Positions 45,501 to 55,852 of a stretch of 64,000 nt of DNA are shown here, in pieces. The DNA is from an uncultured Methanolinea sp. GTDB taxonomy: Archaea > Halobacteriota > Methanomicrobia > Methanomicrobiales > Methanospirillaceae. How positions within the stretch are numbered: the first letter of the stretch is position 1; the number at the start of each line of letters is the position of its first letter. The notes under the pieces were generated by a model that had not been told where the DNA came from, searched no databases, and saw only the letters and a list, made by a program, of their open reading frames with translations. The position numbers and the translations under genes were made by a program. The stretch spans positions 1,145 to 65,144 of the forward strand of contig CAZRCH010000003.1 of the NCBI GenBank assembly GCA_964598545.1, in the 5' to 3' direction.

Positions 45501-46427
45501 TTATCTCTGGATAGTGGTCACGGTCATGGTTTCTGATGCGACAATGATCGTCTCCTCTGTTTCAAGCGCGGCCAAAATCAGCTCGCTCAACCGCGAACGA
45601 AGTATCCTCCGTGTCCGTGTGTCGGCAACGTACCGCGCTTCGAGCAGGATCCAGTTATCCGTGAGCGAGAGGTAGACGGAAGGTTCGACCACTTTCCTTG
45701 GGAGGAAATACTTCTCCCCAATCCGCTCGATCTCGGCCTCAGCCAGCTCGGTCATGGCATCGGTCTCCCGTTTCAGTATTAAAAGGATGATGTCACGGGC
45801 CTTTCTCCAGTCGCTCTCATAGGTGAGAGGGATCGAGATCTCGTCCCAGACAAACGAGTGGTCCCGGGTATAGTTGAAGAAGACTTGGTTGATCACCTGG
45901 GCATTCGGGACGACGACGAGCCTCCCTGATGGCTGATCGCCCTTCACCCATCCCCGGATCTCCATCATCGTCGTGTTCATGATCCCGATGTCCATGACAT
46001 CTCCTACATTATCGCCAATTGAGATGCGGTCGCCGACCCTGAAATACCCAGATACAATGATCAGGATACCCCCGACAAAATTTTTGAAGACATCCTGGAC
46101 CGCGAATGCGAGCGCAGCCCCAATGATCCCGTACGATACGATAAGCGACGAGGTGTCAGTGATCCAAATCCGGAGGCTCGCGACAAGGATCACCACGATC
46201 GAGAGGATGGAGAGGACCTTTCGTGCGGTATACCTTGTCTTCTGGTCCTGGATGCGCCTGACCATCAGCTGGCCGAGAAGTACGGAAAAGACCAGGTACG
46301 AAACGGCAAGAACGAGCGAGGTGAGGAAGAGATTTGTGACCGCGAGGTCATTGAGCAGGTAGTGTGCAACGCAAAGGAGCGCCGACAACAGGATAAGAGC
46401 CCCGGAGATCAGGATCTGCTGCTTCAT
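45501..46427 (-). CDS. small-conductance mechanosensitive channel (MscS family)
   Basis: Three N-terminal TM segments, then FKNFVGGILIIVSGYFRVGDRISIGDNVGDVMDIGIMNTTM, the MscS pore/beta-domain signature. Confidence 0.85.
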   Translation of the reverse strand: MKQQILISGALILLSALLCVAHYLLNDLAVTNLFLTSLVLAVSYLVFSVLLGQLMVRRIQDQKTRYTARKVLSILSIVVILVASLRIWITDTSSLIVSYGIIGAALAFAVQDVFKNFVGGILIIVSGYFRVGDRISIGDNVGDVMDIGIMNTTMMEIRGWVKGDQPSGRLVVVPNAQVINQVFFNYTRDHSFVWDEISIPLTYESDWRKARDIILLILKRETDAMTELAEAEIERIGEKYFLPRKVVEPSVYLSLTDNWILLEARYVADTRTRRILRSRLSELILAALETEETIIVASETMTVTTIQR

Positions 46428-46621
46428 GCGCGGTTACCATTGCGTTTACTCTCCAATTATTTAGAGGAGACTGTTTTCCCACTTCCTTCACTCAGTGTCG
46501 TCCACTAAAATCGCAAATATCACTCATGGCCGGGCACGTTGATAAAATTGAAATGATGCACGGGAACTTGCATGAACCTCTGGCCTCATCGCCTGCCGCG
46601 AAAGAGATGTGCACCCCTTTT

Positions 46622-47014
46622 TTAGATCAGGTTTCCGAACCGCGAAGCGCATGCGTCCTTATACGCCCCCTCGACGTCCGAATCAGGCGGAGTATAGGAT
46701 TTGGGGATATACCCCAGGATCGCACGAATCATCCTCCGGGCCGAATCCTCCCTCTGACCGACAAGCATCTCCTGCGCCTCGCACCCTGCAGGGAGATCGT
46801 GGAGGTCGTCGTGGCAGCGGGAGCAGAGGACCAGCAGCCAGCCTTCAAGATCCTCGGCTGGCAGCGCCCCTTCCCTATCCTCATTGACAAACGCATGCAC
46901 TTCGAGACTGTCGGCTTCCTCGGCCTTCCCACAGAGTTCGCACTTTGATCCGACCGCCTCTTTCACCTTCCTGGCCCTGATGGGGTGTTCGAGCAGGAAC
47001 CGCGGTGTCGACAT
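46622..47014 (-). CDS. small HNH-type zinc-finger protein
   Basis: CELCGK...H...CSRCHDDLH arrangement. ATG 47014 is chosen over the long track ORF start at 47203. Confidence 0.45.
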   Translation of the reverse strand: MSTPRFLLEHPIRARKVKEAVGSKCELCGKAEEADSLEVHAFVNEDREGALPAEDLEGWLLVLCSRCHDDLHDLPAGCEAQEMLVGQREDSARRMIRAILGYIPKSYTPPDSDVEGAYKDACASRFGNLI

Positions 47015-47236
47015 CCAGCTGCATCTCCCATTTCCCGGGATGGCAGTGCAGGATAATAAGGATTGGGTTTGGGGGTGTTTTCGGGTCAGGGGGCACCCAG
47101 GGGATTGCCTTTTCTCACTGCAAGAACAGGCTTGATGGGATAGGCCTGTACATTCAGCTTCAATACCCTGCCGTGCGTCATTCACACTCCCCGAAGTCTG
47201 CACACTTTATACCCGGGCCCCGCCCTACATTTCATC

Positions 47237-47980
47237 ATGGACCCGGTCATCACTCGTATCCGAAAGGAACTTTCAGAACATGCGGACCCCGAAATACAGA
47301 AGAACTCGCAGCGGTTCTTCAAGGAAGAGATCAAGTGTTACGGGATGAAGACTGCCGTGGTGATTGGAATTGCGAAGCAATACTGGAAAGAGGTCAAATC
47401 AAGGGATAAACGGGAAATTTTTGCACTCTGCGAGGAGCTTTACCGATCGGGCTACATGGAAGAGTCGTTCATTGTGTCAGAGTGGGTGCAGCGGCTCTCG
47501 GGGAACTACGAATGGGGGGATCTTGCGGTATTCAGGCACTGGATCGAAACGTACATCACCAACTGGGCCTCCTGCGACGGGTTCTGCAACCACACGATGG
47601 GGACATTCGTCGGGCAGTATCCCGATACAATCGACGAACTGAAGCGCTGGACCCGGTCAGAAAACCGCTGGATGCGCAGGGCGGCAGCAGTCTCGCTGAT
47701 CATACCGGCGAAGCACGGGAAGTTCCTTGAAGAATCGCTTGCAGTCGCCGACCTTCTCCTCACTGACAGTGATGACCTGGTGCAGAAAGGCTATGGCTGG
47801 CTCCTGAAAGAGGCGAGCCGGGTGCATGCGGGGGAGGTCTTCTCCTTCGTGATGCAACGAAAGAGGAATATGCCCAGGACAGCGCTCCGCTACGCAATCG
47901 AGCTGATGCCAAAGGAGTTAAAGAACGCGGCGATGAAGAAGGACTGGGAACGCACAGGCAATCGTCGCGCTGCGGACTGA
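47237..47980 (+). CDS. DNA alkylation repair protein (AlkC/AlkD-like HEAT-repeat family)
   Basis: The N-terminal ADPEIQKNSQRFFKEEIKCYGMK and later W....NRWMRRAAAVSLI are hallmarks of the 'DNA alkylation repair enzyme' family. Confidence 0.75.
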   Translation: MDPVITRIRKELSEHADPEIQKNSQRFFKEEIKCYGMKTAVVIGIAKQYWKEVKSRDKREIFALCEELYRSGYMEESFIVSEWVQRLSGNYEWGDLAVFRHWIETYITNWASCDGFCNHTMGTFVGQYPDTIDELKRWTRSENRWMRRAAAVSLIIPAKHGKFLEESLAVADLLLTDSDDLVQKGYGWLLKEASRVHAGEVFSFVMQRKRNMPRTALRYAIELMPKELKNAAMKKDWERTGNRRAAD

Positions 47981-48033
47981 CCGCCTTCATTGTTCATAAC
48001 CTCTTTCGTGGTATACCACAAAATATTCTGTTC

Positions 48034-48882
48034 GTGACTGCCGAGAGCAGGCCGGTCGTACTGGTTCACGGCTGGAAGAGCCATCCCGGGATCTGGGACC
48101 GGCTCGTGGAGGGCCTGGATGGAAGATCAATCCTCCCCTGGACGTTCGATCACTCCAGGATCCGCGGGGCTGGAGTCGATTCGCTTGCCACTCTCCTGCA
48201 GGAGTTCATTCGGGACCAGAGGGCTGATGCGGGGTACTGCGGACCGGTCGACATGGTCTGCCACTCCATGGGGACGGGGATCGCCCGGTATCTCCTCGAA
48301 GTCCTCGACAAAAACGCAAGAAGTGAGAAGGTTCGGCTCCTCGTTGGACTCGGGCCGCCCAACAATGGCTCGTCGCTTGCAGAACTCTTCTTTGATCCAG
48401 TTCACTCGCCGCGCATTTTAAAGAGCCTTGGCGGGGTCTTCGTGCCCAGACGGTTCAATCCTGCAGACGATGTCATCGTCCGGCAGTTCAGACCCGGGAG
48501 CAATACGATGGCTGCACTCCGTGCTGCAGGGATCCGAGACGATATCAGATACCGGTTCATCCTGACCGGAAACTGCAACGCTGACCCGGAGTTCTTCTCT
48601 CCCTTCCATGGGAAGACCTGGGTCATGACCGGGAATGGCTGGGAGACGACATATGCGGGGGACGGAATCGTCCCCCACGCTGACTCCTGGCTACCCGGCG
48701 CAGGATTCGATGTCTTCCCTCTCGATCCCGCCTCGCTTTCCCGCTCCCCCGATCTCTACTGCCACCTGCACCTGCCGAAAAACCCGGAGATAATCGAAAG
48801 ACTACTCGACTACCTCTCCGATCCGGAAGCCTGCCCGGGGACCGGCTGCCCCGAATGCCTGGCCATGTACAGGCACCTTTAA
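48034..48882 (+). CDS. alpha/beta hydrolase (lipase/PGAP1-like)
   Basis: VVLVHGW oxyanion region and nucleophile elbow VCHSMGTG. GTG start. Confidence 0.7.
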   Translation: MTAESRPVVLVHGWKSHPGIWDRLVEGLDGRSILPWTFDHSRIRGAGVDSLATLLQEFIRDQRADAGYCGPVDMVCHSMGTGIARYLLEVLDKNARSEKVRLLVGLGPPNNGSSLAELFFDPVHSPRILKSLGGVFVPRRFNPADDVIVRQFRPGSNTMAALRAAGIRDDIRYRFILTGNCNADPEFFSPFHGKTWVMTGNGWETTYAGDGIVPHADSWLPGAGFDVFPLDPASLSRSPDLYCHLHLPKNPEIIERLLDYLSDPEACPGTGCPECLAMYRHL

Positions 48883-48967
48883 CGAGAGCGCGCGGGGATC
48901 AGGAGTCGCAGCGGGCTTCTTCACCCTTATGGAGTAATTTATCCTATCCGAAGAGAGATGATCCTCC

Positions 48968-50833
48968 ATGTATGGCTGGACCGGGACCACTCTCTGGATA
49001 GATCTCACCACCTCCTCAATCGAGCGGCGCACCCTTGACGCTGGCAGGGCGCGGAAATTCCTGGGCGGAAGGGGTTTCAACTCAAGGGTGCTCTGGGAGG
49101 AGGTAGCTCCCGGGACAGATCCCCTTGGCCCGGGAAACGTCCTCTGTTATGCCCCGGGTATGCTTACGGGCACCCCGCTTGCGCTGACGGGGAGAGTCTC
49201 GGTCAGCACGCTCTCGCCGCTTGGCGGGATTCTGGGGGACGGGAGCGGTGGCGGGGAATTTGCGTGGCAGCTCAAGCGTGCGGGTTACGACCAGCTCGTC
49301 GTGGCGGGCCGATCTCCACACCCCTGCGTTCTCTCCATCGATGACGACAGGGTAGAGATCCGTGACGCCGGATCACTCTGGGGGCTGGACACCTGGGAGA
49401 CTACCAACCGTCTCAGGTCAGATCTCAATGCAGACACGAGCGTCGCCTGTATAGGGCCTGCGGGGGAGCGCCTGGTCCGCTTCGCCTCCACTATCATTGA
49501 CAAGTATGCCTCGGCAGCTATCGGGAGCGGGGCGGTCGCTGGCTCAAAGAACCTGAAAGCCGTTGCGGTCAGGGGTTCGGGCCACCCCGAACTTGCCGAT
49601 CCCGATAGATTCCGTGACCTGGCAAGGCTTGACCGGGAAATATTCAGAAATGACCCGTTCTTCCGCGACATCGTCAGCAAGTACGGTTCCATCATCGGGG
49701 TGGAGGACTGGGGGCCGGGCTTTCGAAACAGCCAGAAGCGATGGACCGGCGCTGATGTCCCTCTGGCGCTGCGGAGGGATGCGTGGAAGGAGTACGAGAT
49801 CGGCCATACCGGGTGCCATGGCTGCCCGCTCCAGTGCAAGAACGTCATCCGGATCCCGGAGGGACCACGGAAGGGCGAGGTGGGCGAAGGGCTTGAATAC
49901 GAGGCCATTCACTGGCTTGGAATCAACAGCGGGATACTGGATCCCATTGCCATCATGGAGATGTCAAATTATGCCGACCAGCAGGGCATGGACGTGATCG
50001 GGCTCGGGAGCGTGGTTGGATTCGCAAAGGAACTCTACGAGCAGGGTATCATCACCACTGATGACACAGGTGGGATCTCCCTTGACTGGGAGGATTATCC
50101 ATCCCAGAAACTTCTCATCACCATGACTGCGGAGAGGAAGGGTTTTGGGGACCTCCTTGCACTCGGCATGGCCGGCCTTGCAGAAAAACTCGGCGAAGAT
50201 GCAGCCCGCTATTGCTTCGACGTCAAGGGAGTGACCCGGGGAGTGTATCCCTCCGGGATTTACAGCCTTGCCCATGCCACGTCTACCCGCGGCGCAGACC
50301 ACCTCAGGGGGAGGACGTGGGCAGGCGGCGAGAACGAGGAAGGCCTCTACCGGGACCTCGTGAGGGAAGGACATATTCCCACCGGTCCGGCAGAGGCGCT
50401 CATCGTGGGAGAGCGAGCCACGACGCTTGCCGATGCGTTGGGCAGGTGCAAGGGTGCGGTGAACAGTTGGAACTCCTCGGTGCCGCTGGTCCGAAAGTAT
50501 CCTCTCTGGGGAGGGGCAATCCGCCTCATCAGGGCCGCAACAGGAATCGATTACACTCCCCGGGAACTGGAGGATGCACTCGACAGGATATACCTCCAGG
50601 AGATGGCATTCAATGTGCGGCACGGGATGACCCGTGCAGATGACCGGATGCCGCAGCGCCCTGAAATTGCCGGGACCCACAGGGGAAAAGAAGACCTGGC
50701 CCGCCACGAGGCACTCCTGGATGCCTATTACTCCCTCCATGGCTGCAACCCCCAAACCTGCATCCCGGACCGGACAGAACTCGAACGGCTCGGCCTTCGG
50801 GACGTGGCAGATGCGCTGCACATGGAGAATTGA
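48968..50833 (+). CDS. aor: aldehyde:ferredoxin oxidoreductase family (tungstopterin enzyme)
   Basis: 621 aa. N-terminal MYGWTGTTLWIDLT...RKFLGGRG, Fe-S ligating C..C...C region (HTGCHGCPLQC), and a DxxGL/HxxRG-type pterin-binding segment (STRGADHLRG). Confidence 0.88.
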   Translation: MYGWTGTTLWIDLTTSSIERRTLDAGRARKFLGGRGFNSRVLWEEVAPGTDPLGPGNVLCYAPGMLTGTPLALTGRVSVSTLSPLGGILGDGSGGGEFAWQLKRAGYDQLVVAGRSPHPCVLSIDDDRVEIRDAGSLWGLDTWETTNRLRSDLNADTSVACIGPAGERLVRFASTIIDKYASAAIGSGAVAGSKNLKAVAVRGSGHPELADPDRFRDLARLDREIFRNDPFFRDIVSKYGSIIGVEDWGPGFRNSQKRWTGADVPLALRRDAWKEYEIGHTGCHGCPLQCKNVIRIPEGPRKGEVGEGLEYEAIHWLGINSGILDPIAIMEMSNYADQQGMDVIGLGSVVGFAKELYEQGIITTDDTGGISLDWEDYPSQKLLITMTAERKGFGDLLALGMAGLAEKLGEDAARYCFDVKGVTRGVYPSGIYSLAHATSTRGADHLRGRTWAGGENEEGLYRDLVREGHIPTGPAEALIVGERATTLADALGRCKGAVNSWNSSVPLVRKYPLWGGAIRLIRAATGIDYTPRELEDALDRIYLQEMAFNVRHGMTRADDRMPQRPEIAGTHRGKEDLARHEALLDAYYSLHGCNPQTCIPDRTELERLGLRDVADALHMEN

Positions 50834-50968
50834 AGGCAGTGCGATCGTCTTTTTCTGTTCCGCGAGCGATTTGAGAGCCCGGCAACCAAGAAGGACGCCC
50901 CCGGTATCTCCCCTGATGAAGCATGCTGGCTACGCAAGGTATAAGTGAGATAATCTGGATTCTACCTG

Positions 50969-51511
50969 ATGAGTACAATGGCCGATGAACCACATTCAGG
51001 GGAAGGGATGGATGAGAGGTCTCCTGCTCCCCCAACTGAAAAGAAGATTCCCAGGTTCTACCTGATCGCGGGAGCGGTAATCGGCATCCTCGTCATCCTG
51101 ATCATCGCCGCATTCCTTACCCTTTCCGTCCAGGCAGATCTCCCGCCGGAACCTGGGACTGTCTATCCCTATACCACGACGTATGCCGTCCTGATTCCTG
51201 ATGGGCTGCCGATAAGGATTGCGGGAACTCCGATCCTTGTTCTTACCTCGGGCGACGAGTTGATTATGAAGATCGGGGACCAGAACGAGAAGTTCGTCGC
51301 CGGGCAGACAAAGACCATCTCCGAACGGAGGGCCGAGTTCAGGGCACTCGGGATTCCGCTCCTCTCCACAAACTACCTGATAGAAGCGACGTACCGGGGG
51401 CGTTCCGGCCCGAATGCGGACTTCTTCCTGATCGTCCGCACCTCGCGCCAGGTCCCCTCGTTCCTCATCGAACGGATTCTTCCCGCTGAGATCCAGGCGA
51501 GGCCGGCCTGA
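50969..51511 (+). CDS. hypothetical membrane-anchored protein
   Basis: 180-aa ORF with one TM helix (FYLIAGAVIGILVILIIAAFLTL) and an extracytoplasmic beta-rich domain. Confidence 0.55.
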   Translation: MSTMADEPHSGEGMDERSPAPPTEKKIPRFYLIAGAVIGILVILIIAAFLTLSVQADLPPEPGTVYPYTTTYAVLIPDGLPIRIAGTPILVLTSGDELIMKIGDQNEKFVAGQTKTISERRAEFRALGIPLLSTNYLIEATYRGRSGPNADFFLIVRTSRQVPSFLIERILPAEIQARPA

Positions 51512-52022
51512 TCTCCCGGGTTTATTTGCTCTCTGCCATCACGTATGGGCAGGATTGACGAATCGAATACATTTTTTGGGGATGTCCGTCCCCACACTCC
51601 TGTATGCGATGCACGCCGCCGCTCCCGAAATTACCGCGAAAGTTCCACCAAATCGATCCTGGAAGCAGCACTTCGGTCGCCATTGGTACTTTCAGGGATG
51701 CAAGAATGAGTTCGGCACTATGATTCGGATCGTGGAAACGGCGGCGGTTCATTGACTGAACAGGTATGCGAGACAACAATCCAGATTCAGTCCCCCACAC
51801 AACACAGCGAGGAGGCTTTTTTTATGCCTGCAGCGCTCTGCCAGTGTCCCGTAATCCCTTCCGGGCTCCCTCAAATTTTTTGATCTTTTATCCTGGTGCG
51901 TCACATGCCTGGAAATGGGATTCATGGGTTTTTCCCGGCAACCGGAACCTTTCACTTATTCCCGGTCGCATCAAAGAGCAAAGTCAACGGTTTTTCATCT
52001 CTTGCGCCAATCACTCTGAAGG

Positions 52023-52766
52023 ATGTTGGTTACATTCCTTGGGACAAACGGGTGGTATGATACCCTCACCGGGAATACCTGCTCGGTTCTGGTCCAGTCC
52101 GGAGACTATAACGTGATCCTTGATGCTGGCAACGGCATCGCAAAGGCTGACCGGTATCTCGACCAGGAGTTGCCCACGTTCCTTTTTATCAGTCATTGCC
52201 ACCTTGACCACATCACGGGGCTGCACACCCTCAATAAATTCAGGTTCAGTCATCCCCTGCACATCTGCGGCCAGAAAGGTATCTCCCGGGAGCTCCATTC
52301 GATTGTTCGGGAGCCATTCACTGTGCCATTCGACCAGCTGCCTTTTCCTGTCAGGTTCGTCGAGCTTGACGGGGGAACCTATGAGATCCCTTTTCCAATC
52401 GAGTGCCGGCCGCTGGTTCACACTGCCCCGTGTGTCGGGTACGCGCTGACACTGGATGGAAAGAAGATCGCGTATTGTACCGACACGGGGTTCTGCGAGA
52501 ATGCCGTCATGCTTGCACGGGGCGCAGACCTCCTCATCACCGAGTGCGGGCTTAAACCGGGCAAGGAGAGCCCGGAATGGCCGCACCTGAATCCCGGGGA
52601 TGCAATACGTATTGCACGTGAAGCACGTGCGAAACGGCTCGCCCTGATTCATTTTGCCGCCCACACCTACACCACACTCGAAGAGAGGTTCGAAATTGAG
52701 AGTATGTATAAAGAAGAGTGCCCTGGACTCGTTGCTGCCATCGATGGGCTGTCAATCGAGGTGTGA
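52023..52766 (+). CDS. MBL-fold metallo-hydrolase (RNase Z/ElaC-like short form)
   Basis: HxHxDH motif (SHCHLDHITG), a later CTDTG, and a terminal HF..H. Confidence 0.8.
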   Translation: MLVTFLGTNGWYDTLTGNTCSVLVQSGDYNVILDAGNGIAKADRYLDQELPTFLFISHCHLDHITGLHTLNKFRFSHPLHICGQKGISRELHSIVREPFTVPFDQLPFPVRFVELDGGTYEIPFPIECRPLVHTAPCVGYALTLDGKKIAYCTDTGFCENAVMLARGADLLITECGLKPGKESPEWPHLNPGDAIRIAREARAKRLALIHFAAHTYTTLEERFEIESMYKEECPGLVAAIDGLSIEV

Positions 52767-52867
52767 AATATATCGTTCTTCTCTGCAGGGAGATTCCAGG
52801 TATGTATCATCGGTTCATGGCCCTTCAAGTGAGAACACAGGCATAACTGTTCATTGGGAACAGAAAG

Positions 52868-53509
52868 ATGACTGACACGTTGAATGCACGTTTTATCCGC
52901 GAACTCAACAGTTTTTACCTGATCACTCTCATGAACGTGGTCTTCGGGGCACTGGCGATCGCGTTCGGGGTGCAGTATCTGGTATCTTCTGTGCTTGGCC
53001 TGGCGGACGGAGGGGCCTTCTCACTGTTACGTATGGCAACCGCCGCCTTCTCAATGACCGGGTTCGGCCTCGGCCTCTCCTGGATCATATCAAGCGTGAA
53101 GATTATGGGTGGCCTTCACGATATCCGGAGTGCATGCAAAGAGCAGAAATCCCCTGTCCCTGGAGAGGTCGCAACACGCGGGATCATCAGGATGATCGCC
53201 CATTACCGCAGGAATAAAAAGACCATTAGGATCATGATCCTTGTCTGCACGCTCGGGGGGTACTGCTTTCTTGCCCTTGGAATCTTCAGCAGCATCGAAT
53301 TTTTCTCGTTCAGCCTCACTTCGGGTACGATCACGATGGACAGCGCGGCCCTGATCCCCCCGGTTCTCCTTGCCCTCAGTATTGCCATCGTGAGCCTTGC
53401 GAGTTCCTTCTACTTTATCAAGTTTTCAAAGGCATGGGATGTCCGTGAGAGTGAGATTTCCCGGGCGGAACAGGTGCTCGCGGATACGCTGGAGCGGGGC
53501 TCCCGATGA
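52868..53509 (+). CDS. hypothetical 4-TM membrane protein
   Basis: 213-aa ORF with four hydrophobic segments. Its stop overlaps the next gene's ATG (ATGA). Confidence 0.55.
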   Translation: MTDTLNARFIRELNSFYLITLMNVVFGALAIAFGVQYLVSSVLGLADGGAFSLLRMATAAFSMTGFGLGLSWIISSVKIMGGLHDIRSACKEQKSPVPGEVATRGIIRMIAHYRRNKKTIRIMILVCTLGGYCFLALGIFSSIEFFSFSLTSGTITMDSAALIPPVLLALSIAIVSLASSFYFIKFSKAWDVRESEISRAEQVLADTLERGSR

Positions 53510-53784
53510 ACGCCGAGCGCCGCACACCGTATGAGATCTACTGGGAGATCCTCGTTTTCTGTAAAACTCCGCGGTCGTTCACTTCGGTTGTCCACCGCTG
53601 CAACCTCAACTCGAAAACCGGGCAGGACTATCTCGGTTTTCTCACTGACAGGGGATATCTCTCCCGGAGAATCGACGGTGAGAAGACCACCTACGTTGCA
53701 ACGGCACGTGCCGGTGAATACACGGCTCTCTTTGCCAAATTGTACCAGACATTATTCGATACGGGCCCGGGCTTCAGGCTGTAA
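53506..53784 (+). CDS. small winged-helix DNA-binding protein
   Basis: 92 aa. EIYWEILVFCKTPRSFTSVVHRCNLNSKTGQDYLGFLTDRGYL fits a wHTH layout. Confidence 0.6.
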   Translation: MNAERRTPYEIYWEILVFCKTPRSFTSVVHRCNLNSKTGQDYLGFLTDRGYLSRRIDGEKTTYVATARAGEYTALFAKLYQTLFDTGPGFRL

Positions 53785-53892
53785 TTTTTCGGGACTCTTT
53801 GCCCGGAATGATTGTATCTCTCATGGCACAGGATGTTTACCTTCACTCACAAGTCCTGCCTTTTTATTTCGCTTGAGAAGACACGATCATCT

Positions 53893-54483
53893 ATGCACGA
53901 GCTTGCCATCGTCTGGACCGAACGGAAAGGGCTCGCGTGGATTGCCGCGACGGCACTTTTCTATGCGCTGATCCTGATCCCATTCAACCAGCTCGGCTTG
54001 ACCGTGGCAGGGATATCCATTCGGCCGGGGGCAGCCCTCCCGGTACTCTTTGGGATCCTCTTTGGCCCTGCTGCCGCATGGGGTCTTGCCATAGGGAACA
54101 TTGCCGGCGACTTCTATGGTTCCTGGTCCCCGATGAGTACCTTCGGGTTTCTCACGAATTTTCTCATGCCGTATCTCTCATACCTGCTCTGGCACAGGCT
54201 GATGAAAAACCACGAGATACGGGTGGACAAGAAGAGTACTGGTTTCTTCCTGCTGGTCTCATTTGTGGTCATTCTTGCCTGCATGCTCCTTCTTGCCGCG
54301 TGCGGGACATTCTTCTTCGGGCGCCCCTTCGAGAGCAAGTTCATCAGCTACTTCGGAAACAACATCCTGTGGGCGCTCACGGTAGGGCTCGTTCTTTTCT
54401 GGCTGGTCCTTGAGCCGGCGGCAAGGAGCGGATACGTATATGGCCGGGAATGGGCGAGGCGAAGGACCATCCAAAAGTGCTAG
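53893..54483 (+). CDS. QueT/ECF-S-component-like membrane protein
   Basis: IRPGAALPVLFGILFGPAAAWGLAIGNIAGDF resembles the QueT/S-component signature. Five or six TM segments. Confidence 0.45.
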   Translation: MHELAIVWTERKGLAWIAATALFYALILIPFNQLGLTVAGISIRPGAALPVLFGILFGPAAAWGLAIGNIAGDFYGSWSPMSTFGFLTNFLMPYLSYLLWHRLMKNHEIRVDKKSTGFFLLVSFVVILACMLLLAACGTFFFGRPFESKFISYFGNNILWALTVGLVLFWLVLEPAARSGYVYGREWARRRTIQKC

Positions 54484-54642
54484 AGCGCATCATTCGCGAG
54501 GATTGATCGCCAGAAGGTCATCGGGAACAGGGATGCCGTTGGAGGACACACGGGAGTGGTGACCACACGATCAAAATGTCCAGGTCAGGGAAGCGATCAC
54601 AACAACCAACACCTCTGATTCCCCATGGTGAGTTGAAAAGAA

Positions 54643-55842
54643 ATGACCAAGGATCATCCACTCGCCACCTCGCTTGGACCGTTTCACCTGGAGAACCCGT
54701 TCCTGCTCTCATCCGCTCCCCCCACTGCATCGTATGAACAGATACGGAGAGCGTTCTCGGTTGGCTGGGCCGGGGCCGTGATCAAGACCATCCGTCCTGA
54801 CGGAATGGTCATCGAGGATGTTTCCCCCCGATTTCACGCGATAAAGGGGAGCAATGGCGATATCCAGGGATTCGAGAACATCGAGCTGCTCAGCAAGAAG
54901 ACCGTCTCTTACTGGACTTCACAGATCCCAAGGATCAAACGCGAATTCCCGGAGAAACTGCTGATCGCAAGCATCATGGGGACTCCCGAACCGGAGGAGT
55001 GGAGGAGCCTTGCCAGCCAGGTCGAAGAAGCAGGTGCGGATGCCATCGAGATGAATGTCTCGTGCCCTCATGGGATGCCCGAGCAGGGGGTGGGTGCGGC
55101 CATCGGGCAGAATCCGGAGATGGTCCGGGCCCTGACGCGGGCTGTCAAGAGCGCTGTCGAGATCCCGGTGATTGTCAAGCTCACCCCTAACGTGACCGAC
55201 ATTCTTCCGATCGCACGCGCTGCTGATGGCGGCGGGGCCGATATGATCTCGGCGATCAACACAGTCCAGTGCCTCTCGGGGATTGACCTCGAAACCTACG
55301 AACCACTTCCCTCTGTTGCCGGGTATTCGACTTATGGCGGTTACTCGGGCCCGGCGGTCAAACCCATAGGATTGCGGGTCGTCTCGCAGGTTGCATCCAC
55401 TGTCGACCTGCCGGTGATCGGTATCGGTGGCATATCCGGGTGGCGCGACGCTGCAGAGTACCTCCTGGCCGGCGCCTCCGCGGTCCAGGTCTGCACCGCG
55501 GTCATGTGGCACGGTTTTGGAATCGTGAAGGAGATGCAGTCGGGGCTCTCCACCCACCTCTTCAAAAAGGGATTCTCCTCCCCGGACCAGCTCAGGGGCC
55601 TTTCGCTCGGGAGACTTCAATCCCACCAGTCGCTTGACCGGGCTGCCAGGATCTTCCCAACCCTCTCTTCACGTGATGCGTGCACGTCCTGCGGAAGCTG
55701 CGCCATTGCGTGCAGGGATGGGGGATACCAGGCCATTGCCCTCCATGACGGTAAGCCCGAATTCGATTATGCGCGGTGTGACGGGTGCTCGCTGTGTTCC
55801 CATGTCTGTCCCGAAGGCGCCATCATACTTTCAAGGGAGTGA
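54643..55842 (+). CDS. dihydroorotate/dihydropyrimidine dehydrogenase-like flavoprotein with a C-terminal 2x[4Fe-4S] ferredoxin domain (PreA-like)
   Basis: TIM-barrel DHOD-like motifs (NVSCPH, VKLTPN, GIGGI) plus CTSCGSCAIAC and CDGCSLCSHVCP. Confidence 0.8.
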   Translation: MTKDHPLATSLGPFHLENPFLLSSAPPTASYEQIRRAFSVGWAGAVIKTIRPDGMVIEDVSPRFHAIKGSNGDIQGFENIELLSKKTVSYWTSQIPRIKREFPEKLLIASIMGTPEPEEWRSLASQVEEAGADAIEMNVSCPHGMPEQGVGAAIGQNPEMVRALTRAVKSAVEIPVIVKLTPNVTDILPIARAADGGGADMISAINTVQCLSGIDLETYEPLPSVAGYSTYGGYSGPAVKPIGLRVVSQVASTVDLPVIGIGGISGWRDAAEYLLAGASAVQVCTAVMWHGFGIVKEMQSGLSTHLFKKGFSSPDQLRGLSLGRLQSHQSLDRAARIFPTLSSRDACTSCGSCAIACRDGGYQAIALHDGKPEFDYARCDGCSLCSHVCPEGAIILSRE

Positions 55843-55852
55843 TGAATTGATC

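Noticed and set aside
46526-46948. 140-aa plus-strand ORF overlapping the HNH-like gene
   Set aside because: The minus-strand frame contains the CxxC...H...CxxCH zinc-finger pattern, while the plus-strand frame has no motif. The call for this locus remains low-confidence either way.
49964-50821. 285-aa minus-strand ORF (and 49285..49908)
   Set aside because: Antisense to the AOR gene, which has full-length family features.
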